Assembly: GCA_027317865.1 (NCBI GenBank)
Contig: DAHVQG010000001.1
Location: forward strand, 64,001 to 128,000
DNA: 64,000 nt
Reading direction: 5' to 3'
Origin: Bdellovibrionales bacterium
Lineage (GTDB): Bacteria; Bdellovibrionota; Bdellovibrionia; Bdellovibrionales; UBA1609
The position numbers were made by a program, and so were the translations under genes. How positions within the stretch are numbered: the first letter of the stretch is position 1; each line of letters begins with the position of its first letter. Below the pieces are notes generated by a model, which was given only the letters and a program-made list of their open reading frames with translations, was not told where the DNA came from and did not search any database. Positions 51,033 to 60,833 of the stretch are shown piece after piece.

Positions 51033-53069
51033 CTAAATCGACTGCAATTTGGGGAGACTGGCGCGTACATTTGGCGGCAATTTGCTGTACGGATTTTTCA
51101 AACTATACTTAAAAGCTTTGGTTTGCGCGGGGGCGATATGAAGGTTGTATTTGCCAGGGTGCTGGCCAATGGCTCGAAGGGCGAGAAATTCCGACGCGTA
51201 GGCGATGCTGGGGCAATATTTTTTTGTCCGAATTCGGTAGCGTAAAATTTCTCCCAACGAAGTATCGATATTTTGGTAGGGATCTACAGATCCCTGCGCT
51301 TTGTTCACCGTGCCGCCCCCGGCATTATATGCCATGATGGCGAGAGCGGGATCGCGCAACTTATATTGTTTAATTAGGAACTTTATATAATAGCTTGCCA
51401 TGGCTGTCGAATTGAGAAGATACGTGCGATCGTCGCGCGGACTTGGTTTGCGAACGCCGTGGTAATAGACGGCGTTTAGAAATTTGAATCCGCCAAATGC
51501 GCCGTCGAGATCAATTGCGGCCTGTTTTGAGGCATCTTCTGCTGCGCCATTTTCGATTTGCCATGGGCCCGTGGCACTCGACCAATTATTGATAAACGAA
51601 CCTTTGTATTGCGGATTTGATCCGTAGCTGCCTTCGAGTGCAAGCAAGTAGCCGATGTCTGGGCTGACTCCCACGGCATTTGTCACGGCCTCAATATAGT
51701 GGACTATAACGGGCGCGTACGTCATGAAATCGAGAAGTTTTTGAAAACCTCCGTCAGGTTGGCACGATGGCATTTGACCGTGACCAAGCCATGCGGCCAT
51801 AACACGCCGGACATACCAGTTGCTCTGATATCGTGCAAAACCTAACGTCATTTGATACCCGTTCGGATTTTGTTGAGGGTCGGGCGTTAAAAAAAGACCG
51901 TCGCGAGATAATTGAGGCGCTGAATTCCCGGAAGATGCTGCCGGTGTCGATGGCGGCTGAGCTGCACCCGAATTATTGGGATTTGTATTGGCCGGTCCCG
52001 GCGGTGGAGTTTGTAAATGTGCGCCCGGTAAAACTTGCGATACCGCTGCCGAAGTTTCGGGATGCTTCGGCTCGTTGATATAGATGAACAACTGCTGGCT
52101 GCTTTTTGGCATAGAACAGTCGAAGATGAGAGACCCAGTTGAGGGGTCGTTACCGTACAGACTACAAGTTAAGCCTGATGCCACAGACGATTTGACCTTT
52201 GAAACTTGAGGGCTTACCTCTTGGGTGTCGAGTTCATCGGTGCTGACTGCGAGCACGTTTTCTTTTGTCGGGTTTTGAATTTCAATATCCGAATAAGAAA
52301 TTCCTGGATAAACGGTAACTGAAACGCGCGTCGCTGTGAGCCGTTTTGACTGCGAATCTAAATTGTTCATAGCGGCGCTACTGTAAGATTTAACTTCGGG
52401 ATCTTTTCTGAAAAGTACTGATGGTGTCGACGTTCGATAAATAATCCCCGCTTTTGTTGTCGCATTTTTTGCCAGCACCATCACAATTTCAGAACAGCTT
52501 AAAGTCGAACATGCTAAATTCAGCGACATGGGATTCGTCGCGGTTTTTGACTGTACGACGTCGAGCGCGACAAGCTGCCGCCCACTTTTTGTAAGCTGAG
52601 TTTGAAACTGAGCAGGGGCAGATACGCCCTTTAGGGTGATGCTCACATATGCATACGACGGCAGTTGATTATTTTTAACAACGATTTTTTTTGACGAATC
52701 GAGCAGCGTGACGTCGACTTTCTTGATCATTTCGCCAAATTGTTCACTGGCGGTTTCGCCAAGCGCGCTTTTAAGGTTATCGAGTGTCGATACGTTACCG
52801 GCTGTTACGTACGGAACGGCAATCGGATTAGCATTGCCTCCGTTCGATATCTCTCGCGATATACCTGTTTCGTAGTTGGGGCTTTCATTTTCAAGCGCCG
52901 GATACTCCGACTGAGAGATCGCTTTTAGCACTTCTTGATTGCTCATCATGCGCCGTTGTGCAATGGGCTGAAATCCTGGCCCGCAGCCTGAAAGTAGCAG
53001 CAAGGCAAACGACGTTGCCAAAACGCTTGCAAGTGGGCAAAAGAAAAGGGAATTGTTTGGACGGTCCAC
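51033..53069 (-). CDS. Lipoprotein with a C-terminal SLT/MltD-like lytic transglycosylase domain
   Basis: Lipobox LSG-C; LEGS...SATGPWQI...DDR...ALAIMAYNAG; start uncertain. Confidence 0.8.
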   Translation of the reverse strand: MDRPNNSLFFCPLASVLATSFALLLLSGCGPGFQPIAQRRMMSNQEVLKAISQSEYPALENESPNYETGISREISNGGNANPIAVPYVTAGNVSTLDNLKSALGETASEQFGEMIKKVDVTLLDSSKKIVVKNNQLPSYAYVSITLKGVSAPAQFQTQLTKSGRQLVALDVVQSKTATNPMSLNLACSTLSCSEIVMVLAKNATTKAGIIYRTSTPSVLFRKDPEVKSYSSAAMNNLDSQSKRLTATRVSVTVYPGISYSDIEIQNPTKENVLAVSTDELDTQEVSPQVSKVKSSVASGLTCSLYGNDPSTGSLIFDCSMPKSSQQLFIYINEPKHPETSAAVSQVLPGAHLQTPPPGPANTNPNNSGAAQPPSTPAASSGNSAPQLSRDGLFLTPDPQQNPNGYQMTLGFARYQSNWYVRRVMAAWLGHGQMPSCQPDGGFQKLLDFMTYAPVIVHYIEAVTNAVGVSPDIGYLLALEGSYGSNPQYKGSFINNWSSATGPWQIENGAAEDASKQAAIDLDGAFGGFKFLNAVYYHGVRKPSPRDDRTYLLNSTAMASYYIKFLIKQYKLRDPALAIMAYNAGGGTVNKAQGSVDPYQNIDTSLGEILRYRIRTKKYCPSIAYASEFLALRAIGQHPGKYNLHIAPAQTKAFKYSLKNPYSKLPPNVRASLPKLQSI

Positions 53070-53082
53070 GTGGGTCTAAACT

Positions 53083-53098
53083 AGCAAAACAAGGGCCA
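53083..53098 (-). promoter_or_regulatory. Putative sigma54 promoter for the SLT lipoprotein
   Basis: TGGCCCTTGTTTTGCT on the minus strand. Confidence 0.65.
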
Positions 53099-53251
53099 GA
53101 AACGGCCGTACTGTTACCTCCTTAAACAATAGCACCCCATAATTATTCGAGATGGGTCGACCATTTTTGTCGTACCAGGCGTTTTTTGTCACTCGGCGCT
53201 CGAAGTCGTGAGGGTGCCTTTCGAAAAATTTCATGTTAGCCTTCTTTGACT

Positions 53252-54379
53252 ATGAAATCGACACCTTTAAAAGCTGAACATGAAGCGGCTCACGCGAAAA
53301 TGGTGGAGTTTGCCGGTTGGTACATGCCGGTTGAATATTTGTCGGCTGAAACGGGTTCCGCAGGCGGGATTCGATCCGAACATATGCACGTGCGCGAAAA
53401 AGTCGGCCTTTTTGATGTTTCGCATATGGGCGAAATTCGCGTGCGCGGTGAACGCGCCCTTGAAACTTTGCAGTGGCTCACAACCAACGACGTGACGAAA
53501 TTATCGAATGGCTGCGCGCAGTACTCGCTGCTCCCGAATGAAAAAGGCGGCGTTGTCGACGACATTATTGTTTATTGCGTTGAAAGCGGTCGCGATTATC
53601 TAGTTTGTGTCAATGCGGCGAACGCCGAAAAAGATTGGGCATGGTTTCAATCTCACAATCGTGGAGCGGACCTTAAAAACGAAAGCGCCGACTGGGGCCA
53701 AGTTGCCGTGCAGGGGCCGCGCGCAGTTGAACTTGTAAATCGCATTTTTACGGGAGTCGCCGCGGTGGCGCCTTTTCATTTTATGCCCGTGCATTTTGAT
53801 AGGGCGCTTTGTTTTGCCGCTCGCACGGGTTATACCGGCGAAGATGGTTTTGAGATTTTTGTTCCCTCAGCTCAGGTGACGAAGTTGTGGCGTGAGTTGT
53901 TATCGCGCGGAAGCGATCTCGAAGCCCGCCCGATTGGCCTTGGCGCACGCGATACGCTTCGCACGGAAATGAAATACAGTCTGTATGGACATGAAATTGA
54001 CGACACGACAAACCCGTACGCGGCGGGGCTTGGCTGGGTGGTTAAACCGGATGCCAAAGACTTTATCGGCAAAGACGTGATGTTGGCGCAGAAGGCGGCC
54101 GGGCTTAAAGAAAAACTAGTTGGTTTTTGTATGGTTGATAAAGGTATCCCGCGAAACGGATATCGCGTGCTAGGCATTGACAATCGCGAGATTGGCCGAG
54201 TAACAAGTGGCACGGTTTCGCCGACGCTCAATAAGAGCATCGGCATAGCCTACGTGCACAGCGATTTTTCACCCGTCGGATCTGAAATTCTAATCGATAT
54301 TCGGGGCCGTGGAGCAAAAGCGCGAGTGACCGCGACACCTTTTGTGCAGACAGCTTTAACGAAGAAAAAGGAGAATTAG
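53252..54379 (+). CDS. gcvT: Glycine cleavage system aminomethyltransferase T
   Basis: FDVSHMGE, RTGYTGEDGFEI, GLGARDTLRTE. Confidence 0.97.
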   Translation: MKSTPLKAEHEAAHAKMVEFAGWYMPVEYLSAETGSAGGIRSEHMHVREKVGLFDVSHMGEIRVRGERALETLQWLTTNDVTKLSNGCAQYSLLPNEKGGVVDDIIVYCVESGRDYLVCVNAANAEKDWAWFQSHNRGADLKNESADWGQVAVQGPRAVELVNRIFTGVAAVAPFHFMPVHFDRALCFAARTGYTGEDGFEIFVPSAQVTKLWRELLSRGSDLEARPIGLGARDTLRTEMKYSLYGHEIDDTTNPYAAGLGWVVKPDAKDFIGKDVMLAQKAAGLKEKLVGFCMVDKGIPRNGYRVLGIDNREIGRVTSGTVSPTLNKSIGIAYVHSDFSPVGSEILIDIRGRGAKARVTATPFVQTALTKKKEN

Positions 54380-54382
54380 AAA

Positions 54383-54775
54383 ATGGCGAACTTTACTGTC
54401 CCTGAAGAGAATTATTATACTAAAGATCACGAGTGGGCGTCGGTTGACGAAAATATGTGCACGGTTGGCGTGACCGAATACGCTCAAGATTCGCTCGGCG
54501 AAGTGGTTTACGTAGAACTTCCAGAGACGGGACAAAAAGTGACACAAGGTGAACCCTTTGGCGTGGTTGAAAGCGTGAAGGCCGTCAGCGATCTCGTGTC
54601 GCCGGTTTCGGGTACAGTGGTCGAAGTAAACGACAGCGTGATGGAGAACCCCGGTATTATTAACGACGATGCGATGAACGACGGTTGGCTTGTGCGCATT
54701 GAAATGGATTCCGAAAAGGAACTCGCCAATCTTATGCGCGCGCCTGATTATCGTAAAATGATTGGGAACAAATAA
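54383..54775 (+). CDS. gcvH: Glycine cleavage system H protein
   Basis: YTKDHEW, VESVKAVSD lipoyl-Lys motif. Confidence 0.97.
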   Translation: MANFTVPEENYYTKDHEWASVDENMCTVGVTEYAQDSLGEVVYVELPETGQKVTQGEPFGVVESVKAVSDLVSPVSGTVVEVNDSVMENPGIINDDAMNDGWLVRIEMDSEKELANLMRAPDYRKMIGNK

Positions 54776-54835
54776 CGCTTTTTTTGCCGACGCGTTTAGG
54801 TTCGCGGTCTTAAACAAAATTGAACTAAAAATTGG

Positions 54836-54920
54836 GCCCGGGTGGTGGAATTGGCAGACACGCTAGACTTAGGATCTAGTGCCGAAAGGCTTGCAGGTTC
54901 AAGTCCTGTCCCGGGTACCA
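54836..54920 (+). tRNA. tRNA-Leu (anticodon TAG)
   Basis: GCCCGGG acceptor stem, CTAGA-CT-TAG-GA-TCTAG anticodon arm, long variable arm, GGTTCAAGTCC, 3' CCA. Confidence 0.96.
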
Positions 54921-55053
54921 TATCTCACATTACAAGAACCTCTATTCAAAATTTAAGCAATTCGGCGCACGTTGAGTCTAATAGGCGCCTCCCGGCTGTC
55001 GAAATTCCTGACAGTTTCGGCAATTTGATTTAACTGGTATATTAATCGCGCAA

Positions 55054-56037
55054 ATGAAGACATCTCTGCTCATCGTTTTACTGTTATGTGCGCAAATATG
55101 CCGGGCAACGATTCCGCATGCGGATCAAACTGCGAATGCTGCCAACGGTTGTGACAAGATTTTAAGCGAAAATGCGAGGGAGATTTGGACGCTACCCAAC
55201 GCTTTCGACGAAACAGTACGAAAGGTTGGCGTGATCGTATCGACGCCAGATGCGTCAACTTTTGTGATAGATCAAAACGCACCCGGATTCTATCGTGGGA
55301 GCATCCGGCGCATTCTTAAGAAATTTCCTTTCACCATGGCCAAGCTGGGATTTGAACGGGTTGGATCGGATTCAATTCGCGTTCTTAGCGATAAACAAAT
55401 AAATGAAAATATAAATCATTTTTCACATAAAAACTTACTTTCGGGTTTGCATGTTGTTTCGGTTGTTGGCGGAGAAATCCCCGGGGTACTCTATGCGCGG
55501 TACATCGCACGGGGGCTTTTTCCGATTGCTACGAATTTTGATACGAGAACTCATGACATATCCGTGCATTTAATTGGAGCGTTGCTGATGCCGAGAAATA
55601 TTACCGAGGATATTCAATCCCGGTTTGCTTTTTTATTGCGCCTCTTGGACGACCCAGTTTTGTCGAAGTCCAAAATTTTTCGGGATCGAGTTACAAAATT
55701 AATAAATCACGAAGTTGATTTTTACGATAGCTTTACGTCTGATTTTGCCGCGTTTTTGGTTGAGTCGCCGGCCGAACTGAACCTTCGAAAGGCAATCGGG
55801 ATTTATAACGAATTTCAAATTGCGAACTTAAAGTCGTTGTTTAAAATGGAGCCACATACCATTAGGTCTCTTGTACAACGGCAAGAAACCTGGTCATGGG
55901 GGAGTGAGTTAAGTTGGCGGCAACGGAGACGGCTTAACGCGATACTCGAAACTTCGCTTGTCGCGAAACTAAACATGAAAACTGTTTTTGATGAACTTGA
56001 ACAGAGAAGCGAAGTGGTATCGAAATTGTTTAATTAA
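55054..56037 (+). CDS. Secreted hypothetical protein with an HDxxxH motif
   Basis: Signal peptide, GCDKIL tag, THDISVH. Confidence 0.7.
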   Translation: MKTSLLIVLLLCAQICRATIPHADQTANAANGCDKILSENAREIWTLPNAFDETVRKVGVIVSTPDASTFVIDQNAPGFYRGSIRRILKKFPFTMAKLGFERVGSDSIRVLSDKQINENINHFSHKNLLSGLHVVSVVGGEIPGVLYARYIARGLFPIATNFDTRTHDISVHLIGALLMPRNITEDIQSRFAFLLRLLDDPVLSKSKIFRDRVTKLINHEVDFYDSFTSDFAAFLVESPAELNLRKAIGIYNEFQIANLKSLFKMEPHTIRSLVQRQETWSWGSELSWRQRRRLNAILETSLVAKLNMKTVFDELEQRSEVVSKLFN

Positions 56038-56047
56038 AGAGTCGGCG

Positions 56048-57589
56048 TTAAAGCCCTTGCGCCTCGGCTACATTTTCAATCGAAAGCACTTCTCGAAACG
56101 GAAACCTGGCTGGCAGAGCAGGGTGATTTTTCGTATGAGAAAAGAGAGGCCGATCAGGTTCGGTCAATTCGAGGTTTCGCGCGTAGGCGTACCACTCCCT
56201 TAGATACTGTCTGAGTTTAATTATTTGTTCGTTATTCAGACTCTTCAGTGACTCAATAATTTGCCGAAGTTTAGGGTTATTGCCTGCGTCTATTTTTTTA
56301 AACCGTAAAACGTCGTAATAAATATGTTCGGCATTGGCGAGTTCATCGACTTTTTCGCCTCGAATCTGTAGCTCAACGGGAATGCCGCGATTAACCGCGC
56401 CGTCTGATTTCACAACCCCGTGCGGAAAAATCAAAAATTTAAGATTCAAACTTGTGTATCCCGACGGTTGAGGTTTTTCTTTTATGTGCACCTGGCCGCT
56501 GATCACGCCGCCAGTGCGATTAGCAGCTTGCTTTGCCGCCTGAATTGCCGCGAGTTTAAGTTCACTAAATTGTTCAGAAGTTAAATATGAAGCCAAATTC
56601 TCGTCGTGATAATTGTGAATCTCGGTTATTAGTGCGGAACCATCATTAAGTGCCGCCAAAATATGCGAAAAAGTGTCATCCATAATTTGCGGACTGTTTA
56701 AAACGAGACGAACGCCGATTCCGTCACCAATTGCGCGCTTCGAGGTCTCTAAATCCGGCACATCTAAATTTTCATTGAGTGCTCGCCGGCCAAGTTTAGC
56801 TTTGATACTTGCTTCACCCTTTGCGCGGGCCGCAACTGAGGTATGGGGCTGAGTCCCGATGCCGGCAGTAGGTTCAGTTTTAACCTGAAATTCAAATTCG
56901 CCGGAATTGGCTGACAGGATCTTTTCAATGTAGCTCACAGCTAAAGGTAGATCTTCGCGAAATTTCGGGGCAAGCGCGCTTGCGTGCTGTGATAGTTGAT
57001 CGGTAATTGTAGCCGTGCGCATGAGAAGTCCAAACGACAAACCTTTCGGCATACCCGGAAACTGCTCCTTCGAAAAACGCTCTTCTGCTACAGTGGAAAT
57101 CGGATGGACGTCGATATCGAGCGCCCGGTGGAGTGCAACTAAAACATCCCGACATTCCGGAGTTGATCGGCATTCGGGAGTCGAATAAAAAGAAACATTC
57201 TCGAGCGGGATCGACCTCGCCGCTAGATTTGAAAGCGCGATTTTGAGTTGACTCGCAATACTTGGGGATTCGTCAAAATCCGGATCATTTGCTTCAGATA
57301 GGTCGGCACGAATGAGCTCGCCGTATTGATCGCTCACTTTTTTCAGCGCCAGCACATGAATTATTTGCGGCTCGACAACTACAACGCCGACCGACTGTTG
57401 AGGTGTTGAAAATTGCGCGCTTTCACTGTTGGCAACAACCGCAGAGTCAGCGGCAAATTCAAGAATTGAATTGCACTCTAGAGATTCAGCGGTCGCCATC
57501 GGGTTGGCAAATATCAACAGAGTCGCAAAGCCGAGCGACGCAGCCAAAAAGCTCTTTTTTATGCAGTTTTTATATCGGACACTATTCAT
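56048..57589 (-). CDS. Signal-peptide-bearing RelA/SpoT-family (small alarmone synthetase-like) nucleotidyltransferase
   Basis: RAKGEASIKAK, DGIGVRLV, SGYTSLN, VELQIRG and AEHIYY match SAS SYNTH motifs 1-4; N-terminal signal peptide. Confidence 0.85.
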   Translation of the reverse strand: MNSVRYKNCIKKSFLAASLGFATLLIFANPMATAESLECNSILEFAADSAVVANSESAQFSTPQQSVGVVVVEPQIIHVLALKKVSDQYGELIRADLSEANDPDFDESPSIASQLKIALSNLAARSIPLENVSFYSTPECRSTPECRDVLVALHRALDIDVHPISTVAEERFSKEQFPGMPKGLSFGLLMRTATITDQLSQHASALAPKFREDLPLAVSYIEKILSANSGEFEFQVKTEPTAGIGTQPHTSVAARAKGEASIKAKLGRRALNENLDVPDLETSKRAIGDGIGVRLVLNSPQIMDDTFSHILAALNDGSALITEIHNYHDENLASYLTSEQFSELKLAAIQAAKQAANRTGGVISGQVHIKEKPQPSGYTSLNLKFLIFPHGVVKSDGAVNRGIPVELQIRGEKVDELANAEHIYYDVLRFKKIDAGNNPKLRQIIESLKSLNNEQIIKLRQYLREWYAYARNLELTEPDRPLFSHTKNHPALPARFPFREVLSIENVAEAQGL

Positions 57590-57635
57590 TCGCTATTCCG
57601 GCAAGAATTTAAATTCTCGTTCAAAAATCTTGAAG

Positions 57636-57651
57636 TGCAGGCAACGTGCCA
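57636..57651 (-). promoter_or_regulatory. Putative sigma54 promoter for the secreted SAS
   Basis: TGGCACGTTGCCTGCA on the minus strand. Confidence 0.7.
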
Positions 57652-57875
57652 AAAGACTGTGCGAATTTATATAATTTAATTGTCAAACCATTAGACAACG
57701 AGACGAAAAACGTCAATTCAAGTGGGTGCAACATTCGACATACATTGTGAATTCTTCAAGGTAATTGCTGCCGATTTCGGTTTAAGAGACAAATTGTATT
57801 ATGGCATTTATAAGAATTAAGCATGATGCGCTTTGGCGCCGTTGACATAGTTCGCGATTGATGAAGAATTAAATT

Positions 57876-58787
57876 ATGGCGTCGCGCGCTTTATTTCTAT
57901 TTCTCTTTATTTTTGTTTTTGCCGGTTGCGCATCGCCGTCGGCACATACTCGAAAATCCGGTCGAAACTTGCGTTCAAAGAACCCGACCTTATTTGTGCA
58001 GGTCGACGGTCACAAATCGAGTTGGACCAGGTCGGAACTTTTGCATCTACCGGGCGTCGAAAGGGTGAAATTGCCTAAGGACCCGACCTACGGGGCGCGC
58101 GTGAAATCATTTGTTGCCATTCGCGCGGCAAATTTAATTAAAAAAGTTGTCGCAGCAAAGACGCTTGCGCAACTAGTTCGTGATAACGCGCAACTTGAGT
58201 TTAAATGCCTCGACGGTTTTTCTGCCAATTTATCTTTGAAGCGCATTTTGAATGAAAATCAACGGCGCGCGATTGCGTACATCGCCATCGAACTGCCAAA
58301 TAAAAAATGGCCAAAACTGAAGACGGGCCGGACAGCGGGTCCATATTATTTGATCTGGCAGCACGCGGATCGATCGCACATCGGCCCCGAGGAGTGGCCC
58401 TATCAGCTCCGAGGCTTTGTCGTAAAAACGCCGGTGAATTTGCGCTTTCCGAAAATTGTGCCGGGTACCAAAAACAAAAAAGTGCTGGTTGGCTTTCGCT
58501 TGTTCAAACAAAATTGCTTTATGTGCCACACAATGAATGGCGAAGGTGAATCACGTTTGGGGCCCGATCTAAATTTGCCGCTTAATCCGACTCAGTATTT
58601 TCGTGCCGGAATGATTCGGCGGCTTATTCGAGATCCGCAAAATTTGCGTCACTGGCCTGAATCAAAGATGTCGTCGTTCCCACCGAGTGTTTTGAGCGAT
58701 GAACAAATCACCGACATTATTGATTATTTGCGGTTTATGGCGCGACACAAGAGCAATTGGCCCGTGAGGGGCCATAAATCGAAATAA
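57876..58787 (+). CDS. Lipoprotein with a molybdopterin-oxidoreductase-like domain and a C-terminal class I cytochrome c
   Basis: Lipobox FAG-C; CLDGF...GPYYLIW...WPYQ; CFMCH heme motif, GPDL, distal Met. Confidence 0.82.
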   Translation: MASRALFLFLFIFVFAGCASPSAHTRKSGRNLRSKNPTLFVQVDGHKSSWTRSELLHLPGVERVKLPKDPTYGARVKSFVAIRAANLIKKVVAAKTLAQLVRDNAQLEFKCLDGFSANLSLKRILNENQRRAIAYIAIELPNKKWPKLKTGRTAGPYYLIWQHADRSHIGPEEWPYQLRGFVVKTPVNLRFPKIVPGTKNKKVLVGFRLFKQNCFMCHTMNGEGESRLGPDLNLPLNPTQYFRAGMIRRLIRDPQNLRHWPESKMSSFPPSVLSDEQITDIIDYLRFMARHKSNWPVRGHKSK

Positions 58788-58788
58788 T

Positions 58789-60651
58789 TTATCGGTTGAG
58801 AATTGTCGCACAGGCGACAGGTGTTGCCGGCCATTGGGCCCACGAGGTTTTGGTGTGGCCATTGGCGAGTTCTTCTTTTTCTAAAGCGAGTCTATGGCGG
58901 ATCTCTTGGAGAACGGTAACAGCCTGATGGCGGTCTTGTATGGAGTGGTAAAGTTCGGCCAGACTCCAAAGTAAATTAGGCAATGCCGTTGGTGAGCCGT
59001 CGTATTTAGAATATTGTTCGTTAATTTCGAGCTTGCCTGTAAATGTTTGAGTTTTTTGGTCGAAGTTTATTCCTATGAGATTAGCCAAGTTGGTAATCGT
59101 GGTATTTCCGTTTTCGACTAATTTACTCGCAATTATCACGAATTGGTCCGATGCCGCATTAATTGTCATGCCGTCATGTAAACCAATCGAATTTGCCCCT
59201 AAAAGCCGCTGCAAAATTTCAAGGTTTTCGGGCATAACTTTTAAATGACCGATGCGGCTTGCGTCGACAACGGTTTCATAATCGTACCGTGCGGAAGCGA
59301 ATGTGGCGATGGGCCAAACATTACCTTTGAAGTATTTGTCGTTAGGATATCGGCCAAGAAAGGTTGAACCGCGACCTTGGTGATTGATCGGAAAATGTTG
59401 TTCAAATTCACCGGTTGTCGCGTTTACTTCGCCTGACGTAAACCACTGCCTGAAATCATCGACTGTTTTCATCATAAGCGGGTCAGAAGCTGTCACTTGA
59501 AAATTATGAAACTGGTGGGCCAGGTCTAATACGGCCATGTACTCAACGGCATCGAAGCCATTGCGGCCGTTGTTGTAGGGTTTACTGTCGTGGTCGAGTG
59601 TTGCGACTATTTTGCGCATTTGAACGGGCTTGAGGTCGCCATTTTGTTCTTTTACGTCGCGAAAATCTTCTATCCACGGGTCAATTTCAGAAATTGCGAC
59701 TTTCCACTCCAGCGGGATTGGCATGCCGAGTTGTTGGGCTAAATGAGCACCTCTGACGAGCGCATCGTCAATCGCAACTAAGGTGGCAAAGTGAAAACCG
59801 TACTGTTCCTCCCATATGTCGTAGCTTCGCGCATTGTATTGTGGAGCAACTTTGTAATTCTTCTTGCCATCTTGAAATGTCAGACCTTCACCGGCCAGAT
59901 AATTTAAGTCGTTTGAAATTAAGGTTTTATAGAGGTTGTACGCAGTAGTATAGTCGCCTTCAGCAATCAGCTCTTCAGCAAAAATAGATAGAGTTTTCGC
60001 GCAATAGGCGGGGCCGTCATTTTGTGGCCTACCCCAAATGTCTTTAACAAGCTTTCCGTCTATATACCTTTTTGCTTCGCCATTTCTAGGTTTGATAACT
60101 ACGACTTTGCCATCAGACCACATGGGCGCTTCGTGAGATTCTAAATCCTTAAGGAATTGACTTTCAGACCTTACATATTTGGCTAATATTTCTCGAATTT
60201 GTGCTTTGCGCTCTGGATCTTTGATATGCGGGTAGGCGCGAACGAGAACTCGAGCGATTATGGCGGCATCTCTTCGCCAAATAAATAAATTATATTGTTG
60301 TTTTTCGCCGTTGACTGGGTCGACGGCTTCACCCGTCGCCGCAGGTATTGACCCTGGGACGGCGTTGAACAGTTTTTCGGCCTCGTTGATGCTGGCAATA
60401 ATCGATTGTAAAGCCGCGTTTGCCAGTTCGTTATACTGATTTTCTGTCCAATGTTCGGATTGCAAGATATTTTGGTAAGGCGTGGGGGTAACAGTCGGCG
60501 TGTCGCTAAAGGCCATTGAAGGTCCGAATAGCAACAACGCAATTACCAACCAGTTTATCCGTCGGTTACGTAATATAATATTACGCAATCCCGCCTCCTT
60601 CCGTAAACCACGCTTAAACAATGATGTAAATGCTTTAACCCTTACGCTCAC
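58789..60651 (-). CDS. Secreted glucoamylase (GH15, fungal-like)
   Basis: WRRDAA, WGRPQNDGPA, DIWEE (acid), GRYPNDKY..GNVW, NEQY (base), LLWS; start uncertain. Confidence 0.9.
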   Translation of the reverse strand: MSVRVKAFTSLFKRGLRKEAGLRNIILRNRRINWLVIALLLFGPSMAFSDTPTVTPTPYQNILQSEHWTENQYNELANAALQSIIASINEAEKLFNAVPGSIPAATGEAVDPVNGEKQQYNLFIWRRDAAIIARVLVRAYPHIKDPERKAQIREILAKYVRSESQFLKDLESHEAPMWSDGKVVVIKPRNGEAKRYIDGKLVKDIWGRPQNDGPAYCAKTLSIFAEELIAEGDYTTAYNLYKTLISNDLNYLAGEGLTFQDGKKNYKVAPQYNARSYDIWEEQYGFHFATLVAIDDALVRGAHLAQQLGMPIPLEWKVAISEIDPWIEDFRDVKEQNGDLKPVQMRKIVATLDHDSKPYNNGRNGFDAVEYMAVLDLAHQFHNFQVTASDPLMMKTVDDFRQWFTSGEVNATTGEFEQHFPINHQGRGSTFLGRYPNDKYFKGNVWPIATFASARYDYETVVDASRIGHLKVMPENLEILQRLLGANSIGLHDGMTINAASDQFVIIASKLVENGNTTITNLANLIGINFDQKTQTFTGKLEINEQYSKYDGSPTALPNLLWSLAELYHSIQDRHQAVTVLQEIRHRLALEKEELANGHTKTSWAQWPATPVACATILNR

Positions 60652-60833
60652 TCTACTTTAATAGAGTGGCGCAACCGTAATTCATCATTTGGGATTTTAC
60701 AACTTTCGAATAGGGTTTGGGCTGCGTAAGTTTTACAATTGCGCCAAACGCTGAATTGTTGAACACTTATCGCGCATAAATTTTCTGTGAGCGGCTTCGT
60801 ACTGTTCAACATTTGGACGTATTATTTAGATTT

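Noticed and set aside
54842-55033. 63-aa ORF, and similarly ORF 61301..61561
   Set aside because: Both are translations across tRNA-Leu genes
55054-56037. Possible alarmone hydrolase or immunity protein for the neighbouring SAS
   Set aside because: HDxxxH lacks the HD-domain HDxxED and upstream PYxxH motifs, and the protein appears exported
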